DNA of 64,000 nt from Myxococcota bacterium (lineage in GTDB: Bacteria > Myxococcota_A > SURF-8): positions 992,001 to 1,056,000 of the forward strand of contig OZ223209.1 of the NCBI GenBank assembly GCA_965140415.1, written 5' to 3'. A program made the position numbers and the translations under genes. Every line of letters begins with the position of its first letter. Within the stretch, counting starts at the first letter, position 1. Shown here piece after piece: positions 46,501-56,222 of this stretch. Under the pieces are notes generated by a model. The model worked only from the letters and a program-made list of their open reading frames with translations, did not search any database and was not told the DNA's origin.

Positions 46501-48949
46501 CTTCATCGGTCAGACCGTTGCAGTCGTCATCGGCGTTGTTGCATAGTTCCACACCGTTGGTGGCGGAGTTGTAGTCGCATTCATATTCGCAGTCGCTTGG
46601 ATCATCGTCGATATCCCACCAGCCTTCTTCGCAGGCTTGCGAAGAACCGGTCAGATACACTGTTTGCAGGCTGTCGCGGTAGTCGTTGGTCGTCAGTACG
46701 ATCTGTGCATCATGCGTCCCCGTGCTTGTCGGGATGAATGTGACGTCGAAAGAAAGCGCCGATGCACCGGGAAGAAGTTCGCGGGGTAGCGGCAGACTCT
46801 CCAGATCCAGCATGTAGGCGGTGGAGGATTCCGCGGAAAGGTCGATCTCTTCGATGCGCAAGGCTCCTCTGCCGATGTTTTCGATCTGCACGGATAATGT
46901 ATCGGACTGGCTGTTCTGCCGCACTTGGCCAAAGTCGTAAGGCGAGCTTTCCGACGTATCCGGCGTAAGGCTGATTTCAGGGGCGGTGGCCTGACCGGAA
47001 AGATAGATGTACAAGGTTTGCTGGGCCGGATCGTTGGTGTGCAGGGTCAAGCGCGTGTATTCATTGTCGGCGTTCAAATCCGGCACGAAGCTGATATCCA
47101 ATCGTTCGCTTTGGCCATCGCTGATTTCCGGCAGGCTTTGCGGGTCGATGGTGAAGTAGGTCGAGCTTTGTGGATCGAGTTCCATTGAATCGACGACCAG
47201 TGGATAGTTGCCGCTGTTGCGGATCAGCAGACCGATGGTTTCCTGCTGGTTGGCCGGAACATCCCCAAAATCGAGATTGCCGGAGAAGGGTTGCCCGTTG
47301 ACCAGCGTAACGGAAAGTTCCGGCTTGGAACCTTGACCGGTAACGGTCAGTCCTGCCGGTTCGCGCGCGTCGCCGATATCGAAGCTGTATTCTTCTTCGT
47401 GATAGGCAACGGAGACCGGGCGATACACGATGGTGGCCGTGCGACTGTCGCCGGGGGTCAGAGTAAAGGGCGTGTCGTCCATCTCCAAGCTGAAACTGGG
47501 AGAGCCATTGCGTGTATCCACGCCGAAAACCGTAATGTCTGCTTCGCCCTGATTGCTGAGCAATACGTTCAACTCGACTTCATCGTTGATCAGAACCGAG
47601 CCGAATCCATAGAATGAAGGTTGCAGCATTAGATCGCTGATGTAGCCGGTTCCGGTAACGGAAACCGTTTGAATGTGGTTGCTGTAATCGTCGCTTTCGA
47701 TGACGAGCGTAGCCGATTCCATGCCGCTGTTATCCGGCTCGAAACTGAGCAGAACCTGCTTGTCTGCGCCGGGAGAAATAAAGGTGCCCTCGTAAGGGGC
47801 TGAAATAATTTCAATTTCAGTTGAAGTGGACTGCGCCAGATAGATCGGTCCCATTTCGATTGTCGATGTGCCACTGTTCGTCAATGTGACTGTGGAGCGG
47901 GCGAAGTTGTCGACCGTCACCCGTCCGAAATCGACCTGTTCCGGAGAGACGGTCAGTTCTTTGAGTCCGCCGGTACAGCTAAGCAGGATGCTCATCGGGT
48001 TGGATTGATCCGCTACGTTGTGTGTTAGCAGCAACTCGACTTCCACCAGTCCGGCCTGTTGAGGATGGCAGACCACTTCTACGGGAATGCCGTCGGTAAA
48101 TGGTGGAATCGTAAATGTTTCCGGCGTGTTTTCTCCCAGCGAGAAACTAAGGTTTTCTTCCGGGTCGAAGCCGATGGCGCTGATATGTAGCGAGGCTGTC
48201 GTGGTGTGATCGCTGGGACGATTCTGGATGACGATCGTTTTGGGCTCGCTGGTTTCACCGACGGGTACGGTGTCGAAATCCAGTCGGTTCGGGGAAACCA
48301 GCAATAGCGGAGAACCCACTTCAGCGGCCACCAGGTCGACATCCACCTGCGGGCTTTGTTCGTCGTTGCTTGTGATGCGCAGTTTGGCCGTAACACGGTC
48401 GGAGCTTTGGGCTGTATAGCCGACTTGCAGCGTTTCGGTTTGGGCGCTGTCGATGGGCAGTGGGAACACGGGTGGCGAAACCAGGCGGAAACCGGTGGGA
48501 TCGTCGACGAACGTGATCGATTCGATGCGCAGGGTACCCAGACCACCGTTGGTCAGATTCAGATCCACCGTGTGTTCGGTTCCGATTTCAGCAGGAATAT
48601 CCAGGCGGATTGGCGCGACCAGACGAGGATCTCCGGTCAGTTCCAACTCGCTTTCCTGTTCTTCGTCGCCATCAACCGGAGTTTCGATGATGTCATTGTC
48701 CGAAGAATCCGGTTCTTCATCCAAATCGGCTGGCGGTAAGTTCGAATCCAGGTCGCCGTCCGGTTGGTCCGGGACACAGACGTGGTTGTTCGTATCGCAG
48801 ACGTAGTTGTCCCCCATGCCCTGGCAGTCCGCATCGGTCTGACATTCTTCCTGTTGGGTCAATTCCGAGGAGCAACCGCAAACCAATACCATCACCAACA
48901 GGCCAAGGGCGATCCCGACCTTGGCTATCGCTCGTTTCCATCCAGCCAT
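43550..48949 (-). CDS. Giant surface lipoprotein: ~6 choice-of-anchor D (ASH) Ig-like domains, Cys-rich repeats, beta-helix-like region and Gly-rich tail
   Basis: Repeated P..lDFG.V...N.G...L.I...F.P units; ELCNNADDDCNG, HCGxxCxPC repeats; GGxGGxG tail. Confidence 0.85.
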   Translation of the reverse strand: MAGWKRAIAKVGIALGLLVMVLVCGCSSELTQQEECQTDADCQGMGDNYVCDTNNHVCVPDQPDGDLDSNLPPADLDEEPDSSDNDIIETPVDGDEEQESELELTGDPRLVAPIRLDIPAEIGTEHTVDLNLTNGGLGTLRIESITFVDDPTGFRLVSPPVFPLPIDSAQTETLQVGYTAQSSDRVTAKLRITSNDEQSPQVDVDLVAAEVGSPLLLVSPNRLDFDTVPVGETSEPKTIVIQNRPSDHTTTASLHISAIGFDPEENLSFSLGENTPETFTIPPFTDGIPVEVVCHPQQAGLVEVELLLTHNVADQSNPMSILLSCTGGLKELTVSPEQVDFGRVTVDNFARSTVTLTNSGTSTIEMGPIYLAQSTSTEIEIISAPYEGTFISPGADKQVLLSFEPDNSGMESATLVIESDDYSNHIQTVSVTGTGYISDLMLQPSFYGFGSVLINDEVELNVLLSNQGEADITVFGVDTRNGSPSFSLEMDDTPFTLTPGDSRTATIVYRPVSVAYHEEEYSFDIGDAREPAGLTVTGQGSKPELSVTLVNGQPFSGNLDFGDVPANQQETIGLLIRNSGNYPLVVDSMELDPQSSTYFTIDPQSLPEISDGQSERLDISFVPDLNADNEYTRLTLHTNDPAQQTLYIYLSGQATAPEISLTPDTSESSPYDFGQVRQNSQSDTLSVQIENIGRGALRIEEIDLSAESSTAYMLDLESLPLPRELLPGASALSFDVTFIPTSTGTHDAQIVLTTNDYRDSLQTVYLTGSSQACEEGWWDIDDDPSDCEYECDYNSATNGVELCNNADDDCNGLTDEDFELGGICSNPGLCPSGVWECNANDPQQRICSTGPGGSQDASQPEVCNGLDEDCNGVPDDAQDLCAEHENADWYCINSQCVYSCQAGTHSCGDDCVTDNDFNHCGTRCTPCPQPDHSQASCDFNGSIFFCSFTCDTDYVRYNNSCVIPSDPNDCGPSHLDCYSEYGDPTHGDWLCVEDSGVYGCELSCQIGYHVDEETQSCVSNETPQCCGLDCVSCFTPENGVATCSGGECGYECLSGHHDCFGQCVSNNSPLTCGTRCYPCETPANSYATCDGIYCGYECLSGTHDCYGNCVSNYDVNSCGDRCTPCPVVANGTMSCVSQQCTLTCNTAYHECPDNLGSVGCVYDYNVNHCGDSCDPCPQREHASVSCNGQNCVYTCNQEYHTCTIDGEESCVFNGDVEHCGDSCDPCPLVVNGTATCDGIVCGKMCNNGYHLCGTECVSDESPDSCGDSCTPCPARDHSIRHCTDGECTYTCEDNYLNLDQNWLNGCEYFCVDDGQEDVPDMDGIDTDCDGVDGEVERAIFVSIEYGYAGAAGTPTEPMNDIEEAILLANASNPKKYLIIGSGYYNQTFTIRAGVHMYGGYDDRNFAWSRVSGDYSVFQSSTYIGQSIENIQQETILQKVAFLNTIGGLQYGRSSYGLVIRNSNNQLKLDHCRITAVDGYVGQNGSSGINGAFCWDANQNGQCEVDSEDRNGDSSCSTLDCGGGRGTDGETDCSNCNLNGGDPGVGGFSVCGSGYSGGYGGWAGSYLGTDNGSSGSGPAGGSGGRYTDRDGNNGGSGAGNRHGSDGQGGSNSGYLDDSGLWVANGGTDGTAGQNGDSGSGGGGGFGDSGWDEGAGGGGGGGAGCGGTAARGGGGGGGVFGVFLIDSSPSLHDCEIITGNGGNGGNGGQGGQGRSGGSGGQGGNGRDGAGDGGDGGSGGQGGNGGHGGGGAGGNVYAIYKSGSSAPSLQSNTYSVGIPGTGGSSPNTSNNGANGTSGEIYP

Positions 48950-49058
48950 AATGTTTTATTCCTCGTTTGAACGGTCCCACGTCCGGCAAGATTCCGGAAA
49001 TTGAAAGCATGGCAGGGTGACGAGCGTGGTCACTCGTCACCGCTGCATGTATGTTCGA

Positions 49059-51197
49059 TCAGGGGTTGGGTTCACCCCATTGTCCGCTGACTTTGTTGAT
49101 AAACCATTCCATTGACTGGCCGGTTTCGGTCAGGTGAACGGTGCGGGTCCAACGCGGTTGGATGTCGTTATCGACACGAATGCTGATTGTAACGTCCGTG
49201 TTCTTTTCATCCAGGCAGAATAGTCCCATATCCCAGGAGGCGCAGTCTTCGGTAAAGAGCACCGAAATGGTATAGGCACCGTTTCCGGCGTTGGAATGCG
49301 TGATGGTCTCCTTGTTGCCGTTGGAGAAGGCGCTGGTGTGATTGGAGACGTAGGCGAAGCCGTAGTCGCCCATGTTACAGGTCCGGTTGGAACTCATGGA
49401 CGTGTCCGAACAGATCGCGCCGTTGGGTGCGCGCCAAGCCAGATTGACGTTCATGTCGCCGCTGCCGGTGAAGGTCATGTCGATCACGATTTTCTCATCG
49501 CCCACGACGTTAATCAGCACCTGCTTGGGGTCACTTTCCAGTCCGTCGGAATCGGTTACTACCAAGGTAACGGTATACGGTCCCGCCCAATCGACATCCA
49601 TCGAAATGATTGGACTTTCGTCGTTGGGCCAGATTTCGGTCAGGCTGACATCCGGTTTGTCCAGGGTCCACTTGTAAGTTAGCGGATAGTTTTCGTCCGG
49701 GTCGTAGGAAATGTCACCGTAGAGCGTAATGCGCTTGGCCTGGCTGCTGGCGTTTTCCATGACATCGATGGGCAACAGCAGTTCCGCGCCGTTGGCTTCG
49801 CGCGAAATACGGGCGATCGGGGCTTTGTTGGCTTCTCGACCGCGTCCGGTGACCGGAGTTTTGGAGAAGCGGGAGGGGCCTTCCTGGTCGGTTTCGATCA
49901 GGAAATAGCAGCCTTCGTCCAACCCGGTGTTGGTCGGCGAATATTCGACGCCGATGGTCGAGATCGTCGTTCCCAGCGGGAATTCGTAGGGGAAATTGTC
50001 GATGTCGATCAGCGCCAGTTCGAACTCTTCGCAGTGATTGCCGCTGAGCAGGATGTTCTGAATGTTCAGATCGCGACCCGATTCGTTGGTGACACTGACC
50101 TGCACCGCTCGGTTTTCTTCGATGTTCACCGTTCCCAGATCGATGGGATTGGGTTCTACGTACAGACTCGATTCGCTGGCCGCGCCGGTCATCTCGATTT
50201 CCGTGCGTCCGTCGTCTTCGCCATCCGGGTCGACCTGCGCGTCGTGATGGACACGCAACTGATTCTCGTGAATCTCCGGCCAGACGGTTTCTTCGGTCGG
50301 TTCATAGGTCAATTCGACCGGCAGACAAGTGCCGGGAACGATGTAGTAGGGAGCGTTGGGGGAGGGGGCATCGATGTTCATATCGAAGTCGAAATGCGGC
50401 GTGCTGCGTACCAGCACGATGCCGGTAACGGTAATGGGCTTGTTGCCGTCGCCGTCGTTGCAGAGTTGCAAGGTTTCAGTTAGCGCCATGTCGCCGACAC
50501 GTACATTGCCGAACTGCACTTCTTCCGGGTCGGCGCGCAGGACGCTGGTGCCCTTCAGTTCGCTGGTCAGCATGACCGTTAACAATGGCTCATTGTCCGC
50601 ATTGGAGGCGATTTGCAGCGGTTCGTTGGCTTCGTAGGGGCGCGTTGGGCTGAACGTTACCGAAAACGTTTTCGGCATTCCCGGCACCAGCGTCAGCGGC
50701 AGATCGTCCATGCCGTTGATCACGAAGTCCGGGTTTCCCGTTGGCAGGTCCAATGCGCGGATAACCAGGTTTTCGACGCCTCGATTGGTCAATTCGACGT
50801 TGCGCGAGGTTTCTTCGCCGATCTGCACGGAACCGAACGCCACCGTTTCCGGACCTGAGATGATCACGCCGTCTTGCAGGTCGCCATCGATATAATCACC
50901 GTCGACAGAATCGCCGTCGGGTTGTGGATCGACGATGCAAGTGCCTAATGCGGAACAGATTTTTCCGGTTTCGCAGTCGGAGTTGACGGTGCATTCGGGA
51001 AGATTGCCCTGAATGGTGCAGATTCCCTGTGCGTTGCAATATTCATCCGTTGCGCAATCCGTATCGAGTTGACAGGTTACGACTTCCGGGTCTTGATCGC
51101 CATCGACGACGGCATCATCTCCACCGCAGCCGGTCAAGGGTAGCAATAACGCACAGATCAGCAACAAATACATCCAATAAAGCCATCCGGATTTCAC
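49059..51197 (-). CDS. Surface lipoprotein with choice-of-anchor D domains and a PKD-like domain
   Basis: GTG start with AGGAGG RBS; lipobox LTGC; VAFGSV/VQFGNV/IDLGTV units; SYDPD..YKW..LVVTD. Confidence 0.8.
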   Translation of the reverse strand: MKSGWLYWMYLLLICALLLPLTGCGGDDAVVDGDQDPEVVTCQLDTDCATDEYCNAQGICTIQGNLPECTVNSDCETGKICSALGTCIVDPQPDGDSVDGDYIDGDLQDGVIISGPETVAFGSVQIGEETSRNVELTNRGVENLVIRALDLPTGNPDFVINGMDDLPLTLVPGMPKTFSVTFSPTRPYEANEPLQIASNADNEPLLTVMLTSELKGTSVLRADPEEVQFGNVRVGDMALTETLQLCNDGDGNKPITVTGIVLVRSTPHFDFDMNIDAPSPNAPYYIVPGTCLPVELTYEPTEETVWPEIHENQLRVHHDAQVDPDGEDDGRTEIEMTGAASESSLYVEPNPIDLGTVNIEENRAVQVSVTNESGRDLNIQNILLSGNHCEEFELALIDIDNFPYEFPLGTTISTIGVEYSPTNTGLDEGCYFLIETDQEGPSRFSKTPVTGRGREANKAPIARISREANGAELLLPIDVMENASSQAKRITLYGDISYDPDENYPLTYKWTLDKPDVSLTEIWPNDESPIISMDVDWAGPYTVTLVVTDSDGLESDPKQVLINVVGDEKIVIDMTFTGSGDMNVNLAWRAPNGAICSDTSMSSNRTCNMGDYGFAYVSNHTSAFSNGNKETITHSNAGNGAYTISVLFTEDCASWDMGLFCLDEKNTDVTISIRVDNDIQPRWTRTVHLTETGQSMEWFINKVSGQWGEPNP

Positions 51198-51711
51198 AAC
51201 ATCCTCCTTGCACGTACCAGAAAAAAGGCGTCTGTTTCTTAAATCGATTGAGTTGAACTTCCGTGGCGCAGACTCCAACTTGCTCTAAATCATTATATTA
51301 GCACAGCACACAAAAAACACAACTAGAATTGCAGGGGTGCGGTGTTCTGCTGAAAGGATGAGGGCAGTGGCTGGAGGGAGAAAAGCTAAGTGGTTTAAGT
51401 CACTAAATGTATTTAAATTGTGGATAAATAGCCGTTATCTTGAGTACAATGAAGGATCTGCTTGAAATTATAAGGGATTCTTTGGCTAAACCTCAAAATG
51501 ACAAATTCCATAAAGTTCTTCGAAAGGGCTTGAAAGCTCGCTCGATTCTTGCTAGCTTTTTACGTGGGACTTGCCGGAAAATCAAATCCGAATGGGCTTT
51601 GTGTGTTCTAGGTTCCCTATCCGTTACTCCTGCATGATTACTCATCCAAGGGACAGAGATTGTTGTGAGCTTTAAAAGGAGCCATGCATCTCCTTAGAAA
51701 GGCTGAAATCG

Positions 51712-52617
51712 ATGTCAACTGTAAAGACGTTTACGATCTTCGGAATTCTGATCCTGATCGGCCTCCTCGCTTTGCCCGCTTGGGGAAACATGCCGTCTGG
51801 AACCCTTTTTGTTCTCGATTGTCGCGATAGTGGAACTCTGTTTTTCGGCAATATAGATTCTTTGCCTGCGCAATCGGAACTTTCCTCACTCGACTTCAAT
51901 TTCTGTACTGGTAATGGAAATGATGGGGTTGTATTAAACTACGATTTTCGTTGGGGAAGCTTTCACAACAATGGAGAGACAGGCTTAGTAGCCTTCGTCC
52001 CACTTTTCGATTGCGACAGTATCAAGGAACACGCCAAGTGGGTTTGTCTCGGATCAACTTGTGAGAATGAATGTCAGGATGCCTTTGGTGTTATAAGCCA
52101 AGGAGCAAATGGAACGCTGGTCACGACTCTTCAAGAATTATTCTCCCAGTGTGAAAGCTCGGACGATTGTCCGGGTAATGATGAAGATTGCTGTCATCCT
52201 TGGTGGTCGTACAGGCCGATTTGTATTGACAAATCAGACCGGTGCTACACGTGCGAAGGAGAATGTGCGATTTCCGAAGATGAAATTCCGCAAATCACCT
52301 GTGACGGCGTATGGTCCAACACCGACCAGACACCGATCGATCCACCCGTTTTCCCTGAACCTCCTCCGATTGATGGCGATTCCGAGGTCGTTGAATTGGA
52401 AATGGAGAACTCGGAGGCGTCCGATGGAGATCTGGACACTCTGGAATCCGACACGGAAAAAGACGTCTTGGAAGAGGATAATGCCGATGGGGATTCCAAA
52501 TTGGAAAACGATGATGGTTGTTGCGGCGTTCCCGGAAAAACGGCGGGGCTTCTTTGGATATTGGCTGTCGTGGTTTTGGGAGGATTGCGGATGAAGCGAT
52601 GCAGGCTCTCGAACTGA
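51712..52617 (+). CDS. Secreted Cys-rich protein with MYXO-CTERM-like C-terminal anchor
   Basis: Signal peptide; acidic linker; ends DGCCG..GLLWILAVVVLGGLRMKR. Confidence 0.7.
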   Translation: MSTVKTFTIFGILILIGLLALPAWGNMPSGTLFVLDCRDSGTLFFGNIDSLPAQSELSSLDFNFCTGNGNDGVVLNYDFRWGSFHNNGETGLVAFVPLFDCDSIKEHAKWVCLGSTCENECQDAFGVISQGANGTLVTTLQELFSQCESSDDCPGNDEDCCHPWWSYRPICIDKSDRCYTCEGECAISEDEIPQITCDGVWSNTDQTPIDPPVFPEPPPIDGDSEVVELEMENSEASDGDLDTLESDTEKDVLEEDNADGDSKLENDDGCCGVPGKTAGLLWILAVVVLGGLRMKRCRLSN

Positions 52618-52994
52618 TTCATCGAAGTATCTATCCATATGTACTTGCCGTTACCATGACGATTGAGCTTCCGCTGGTATGTCTGCTGCTGTACAGGAAA
52701 TCATCTATTCGGATACGTGGTAAGGCGGTTGTACTTCTCGTCGTGGCGTTCCTGGCAACGCTTATCACTCATCCGTTTTTCTATTTCGTTATTCTTGAAA
52801 TCCCTGGAATTTCCAGGAACAGCGCGGTGTTCGGTGGAGAAGTGCTGGTTATGCTGGTCGAAGCGGCGATCTACGCGGTTTTGCTGCGCCCCAAACCGAT
52901 CTACTGGGCCTTCTATGCTTCGATTCTCGCTAACATTGCTTCCTGGCAGGTAGGCCCATCTGTACTGAGCTATTGGCTTCGTTCGGCATATTGA
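52599..52994 (+). CDS. Small four-TM hypothetical membrane protein
   Basis: Hydrophobic ORF overlapping the upstream stop; TIELP, THP, E..V..VE, AN..S. Confidence 0.7.
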   Translation: MQALELIHRSIYPYVLAVTMTIELPLVCLLLYRKSSIRIRGKAVVLLVVAFLATLITHPFFYFVILEIPGISRNSAVFGGEVLVMLVEAAIYAVLLRPKPIYWAFYASILANIASWQVGPSVLSYWLRSAY

Positions 52995-53046
52995 TGGCCT
53001 CGGTTTATTTCCCGATCCGGCTGCGATATCCTTTGGGGAAAATCCT

Positions 53047-53298
53047 TCAATCCTCGATGACTTTGACCACCTGTATGTACTGGTGAATAATGCAATTTGT
53101 GGGTTTTCCGACGCAGTAATCATCTTCTTCTATTCGGATCAAACGCTTACGACTGTCGTAGACGTATTCTTTGCAATGCCGATTGGTTTCATTGTCGCAG
53201 TTCGTATCCAGTCGCGAGGCCAATAGTTGATCGTTTTCGTTGTAGTCCATAACAAGGCAGGAACCATCAACGGAGTTATCGCAGGAATCGTTTGGAAC
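53047..53298 (-). pseudogene. 5'-truncated remnant of a YD/RHS-like repeat gene
   Basis: Periodic D..CD....C...Y.YD units; frame open up to the direct-repeat junction at ~53299. Confidence 0.5.
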
Positions 53299-53299
53299 T

Positions 53300-53362
53300 C
53301 AATATTGCATCTATCCGCATCCGAAAGAGTTGAAGTTGCTCAACCACGTTTGATGAATCACC
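53300..53362 (+). repeat. 63-bp direct repeat of the 3' end of the DUF523/DUF1722 gene (partner 54480-54542)
   Basis: CATCTATCCGCATCCGAAAGAGTTGAAGTT..CAACCACGTTTGATGAATCACC occurs twice. Confidence 0.9.
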
Positions 53363-53582
53363 TGCGATGATTTTTTCCTTATAATCCAAAGGTATACTGG
53401 TTCAAAGATTCTTCGCAATGAGGTAAAATTCTTAAAAGGCGTATTCCAGGACAATGAAGGAATATCATGTCTGTACCATCTGTCTTGTCTATGCATAATA
53501 GAAGGATGCAGCGAATTTCAGGACGGAGAACAGTTGAATTCCAAGCTGTTTTGGGCGTGAGCATTGCGCTTGAGGAGCAGAA

Positions 53583-54533
53583 ATGACGAATGGAATCACA
53601 GTCGGGATCAGTTCATGTTTACTGGGTAACGAAGTTCGTTACAATGGGCAGCATAAGCTGGACCACTATTTAGCCGATCTTCTAGGGCAATTCGTGCAAT
53701 GGATTCCCGTATGCCCGGAAATGGAATGCGGCTTGCATGTTCCACGGGAATCCATGCATCTGCAAGGCAATTTGTCACAGCCTCATATGGTAACGACAAA
53801 TTCCGGCATCGATCATACGGATCGTATGAAGAACTGGATTGCAATTGCACTACCCGAACTGGAAAAGCAGGATCTTTGTGGATTCGTTTTCAAAACGCGC
53901 TCTCCTTCATGCGGGATGCGTGGAATCAAGGTATACAAAGAAAAAGGCAAACCGATAGGGTCTCGGGCAGGATTATTTGCCGATGCATTTATTGAAACCT
54001 TTCCATTGCTTCCTATCGAAGATGAAGGCCGCCTGAACGATGCGGGTCTGCGAGAGAATTTTATTGAACGTCTTTTCATCGTTCATCGGTGGAAGACGAT
54101 GCAGAAGTCGGGTATGCAGTATAAGGATCTGATTGATTTTCACGCTCGCCACAAATATACGCTGATGGCGCACAGCCCGAAGTATTTAAAACAACTGGGG
54201 GTAATGGTGGCCAGTGGAAAAAAACGAAAACTCGATCTCTTGATGCAGGAATATTTTGCAATGTTGATGGAAGCACTGACGTTAAAAGCGACGATAAGCA
54301 AGAACACCAACGTGCTCCTTCACATTATGGGTTACTTTAAAAACCAGCTGAGCAGCGATGAGAAACAGGAACTTCGAGAAGTTATCGACGATTATCATCA
54401 AGAATTAGTGCCTCTGATTGTCCCTGTTGTGTTGATTCAGCACTATGTCAGAAAATACGATCAGCCCTACCTCAAAGAACAATACTACATCTATCCGCAT
54501 CCGAAAGAGTTGAAGTTACGCAACCACGTTTGA
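53583..54533 (+). CDS. DUF523 + DUF1722 protein (2-thiouracil desulfurase-family domain fused to YbgA-like domain)
   Basis: SSCLLG..VRYNG, VCPE, SPSCG, EDEGRL, FHARHKY, HIMGYFK, LRNHV. Confidence 0.9.
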   Translation: MTNGITVGISSCLLGNEVRYNGQHKLDHYLADLLGQFVQWIPVCPEMECGLHVPRESMHLQGNLSQPHMVTTNSGIDHTDRMKNWIAIALPELEKQDLCGFVFKTRSPSCGMRGIKVYKEKGKPIGSRAGLFADAFIETFPLLPIEDEGRLNDAGLRENFIERLFIVHRWKTMQKSGMQYKDLIDFHARHKYTLMAHSPKYLKQLGVMVASGKKRKLDLLMQEYFAMLMEALTLKATISKNTNVLLHIMGYFKNQLSSDEKQELREVIDDYHQELVPLIVPVVLIQHYVRKYDQPYLKEQYYIYPHPKELKLRNHV

Positions 54534-54627
54534 TGAATCACCACCAAGCCCGGTAGATTGAGTCCTGGGTCTGGTTAATCACGAACCAGGCTAAAATCAG
54601 CTAAGGCTACCTGCTTTGAGTAGAAAA

Positions 54628-56085
54628 TCAATCAACTCGAACGCAACGTATACAACCGTTGTCTTTTTTCCCATATTTATCTTCATTCAGGTATAAAGCA
54701 CGACTCATTGCTGCCTGGTAATCGCTGGCGGTAATGATCCATGTGAAGTACTGTGTACTGAATTCGAAGATTGCAAATCCGAATTGATACGAACACGTGC
54801 ACTCGTAGGTGCGTGGAGGTGGTTCGTAGACAGGAGCAGGTGGTGGCGGTGGGGAAGGTGGTTCCTGATAGGGTTCTTCGAACGTATCGTAATGCCATTC
54901 ACCATCTTTTACTTGCCCGTTTGAATAGGTCATCACACCTGATCCGTTGCGCTGGCCTTTCGAATTCAAACTTCCTGTGTAGCGGTTTCCATCGTCGTAA
55001 ATGATTACCCCTTTGTCAGGAAAAACGCCATTTGTGAATTGTCCCGTGAAGCTGCCAATGAACGAATAAATACTCCCTAGGGAATGATACGTGCCCGTTC
55101 CGTGATATTTATCGTCTTGCCATTCGCCCTTATAGGAATCACCCGTACACCAGTAAGCCTCCGCATAACCATTCAATTTGCCGGAAATCCAATTGCCATC
55201 CATTTTATACTGTTTAATAGAAGAATTCACTCCGCAAGAATCCGTATAAACGCCTTTGCCCGTGCGCTCTCCGTTAACCCATTCTCCACTGTATTTCTTA
55301 TTGCCACTATACCAGGTTTTCTCGCCGAAACCGTTTTCTCTTCCCTCTTTCCATTCGCCTTTGTAGATACTCCCATTACAATACTGTACTTCTGCATAGC
55401 CATTCAACTTGCCGGAAACCCAGTTGCCATCTGCTGTATACGTTCTTGCTGAATTCTTATTTAAACAGCGATGTGTGAGAATTCCTTTGCCTGTGAGTTT
55501 TTCTTCATCCCACGTCCCTATCGTAGTAAGACCGTTATCTTTCCGTTCTCCCTTGAAATGATATCCATCGCAATAGCTGATTTCGCCTGGGTTCATTAAC
55601 TGGCCAAACTCGTTAAATTTTCCCACCTGGAGGCTTCGATGCGCATCGTAGGTTCCTTCACAAGGAGCTGCTAGAGATCCCTCCACAAAAATGTCGGAGT
55701 CCCATCTACCAATTCTCTCCGTGCGGTCCTGCTTGGTTAGCGTACCATTTCCGTGTTTCTTTCCTTGAAGCATTTCTCCTTCATAGCGGCCCAATTCCTC
55801 ATGCTTGCTATTACTAAAAAATACTTTTCCTTCGCCGGCAGCTAGACCTTCTTTGCAGTCTCCCATCCAGTATACAATCGTTGCGCTGGAGCCTTTTTCC
55901 AGCCATACATAACAGGATTTTCCCTTTCTCTCTTCGGACAGTAGAAAGCATCCCTCGGTTGTTGGCTGTTCATTGTTTTCTTTGCAGACCGGTTCGACGA
56001 GAAAACGTCCGACCGCGTCTTTTACATCCGACCATGAAAACGCTTGGATCAGCGAAGTAAGGATAACCAGGCTCTTCAAAAACAT
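54628..56085 (-). CDS. Exported MORN-repeat protein
   Basis: Repeated YxGEWxxGxxxGxG units; AT-richer codon usage. Confidence 0.85.
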   Translation of the reverse strand: MFLKSLVILTSLIQAFSWSDVKDAVGRFLVEPVCKENNEQPTTEGCFLLSEERKGKSCYVWLEKGSSATIVYWMGDCKEGLAAGEGKVFFSNSKHEELGRYEGEMLQGKKHGNGTLTKQDRTERIGRWDSDIFVEGSLAAPCEGTYDAHRSLQVGKFNEFGQLMNPGEISYCDGYHFKGERKDNGLTTIGTWDEEKLTGKGILTHRCLNKNSARTYTADGNWVSGKLNGYAEVQYCNGSIYKGEWKEGRENGFGEKTWYSGNKKYSGEWVNGERTGKGVYTDSCGVNSSIKQYKMDGNWISGKLNGYAEAYWCTGDSYKGEWQDDKYHGTGTYHSLGSIYSFIGSFTGQFTNGVFPDKGVIIYDDGNRYTGSLNSKGQRNGSGVMTYSNGQVKDGEWHYDTFEEPYQEPPSPPPPPAPVYEPPPRTYECTCSYQFGFAIFEFSTQYFTWIITASDYQAAMSRALYLNEDKYGKKDNGCIRCVRVD

Positions 56086-56222
56086 CGCTTCAGACTCCTT
56101 GAAATTTCGATCATTGAGTCCAGATGGTTTTTCTCGGCTTCGGTTAAATTACAGATACTGATTGTGCGAAGGGGAGAAAAGTGGGGGATAGAAAATTATC
56201 TCCCGGAATTTCCGTTCCACGC

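Noticed and set aside
53553..53568. GG-N10-GC sigma-54-like motif before the DUF523 gene
   Set aside because: Implied start site would fall downstream of the RBS, only a few bases from the ATG
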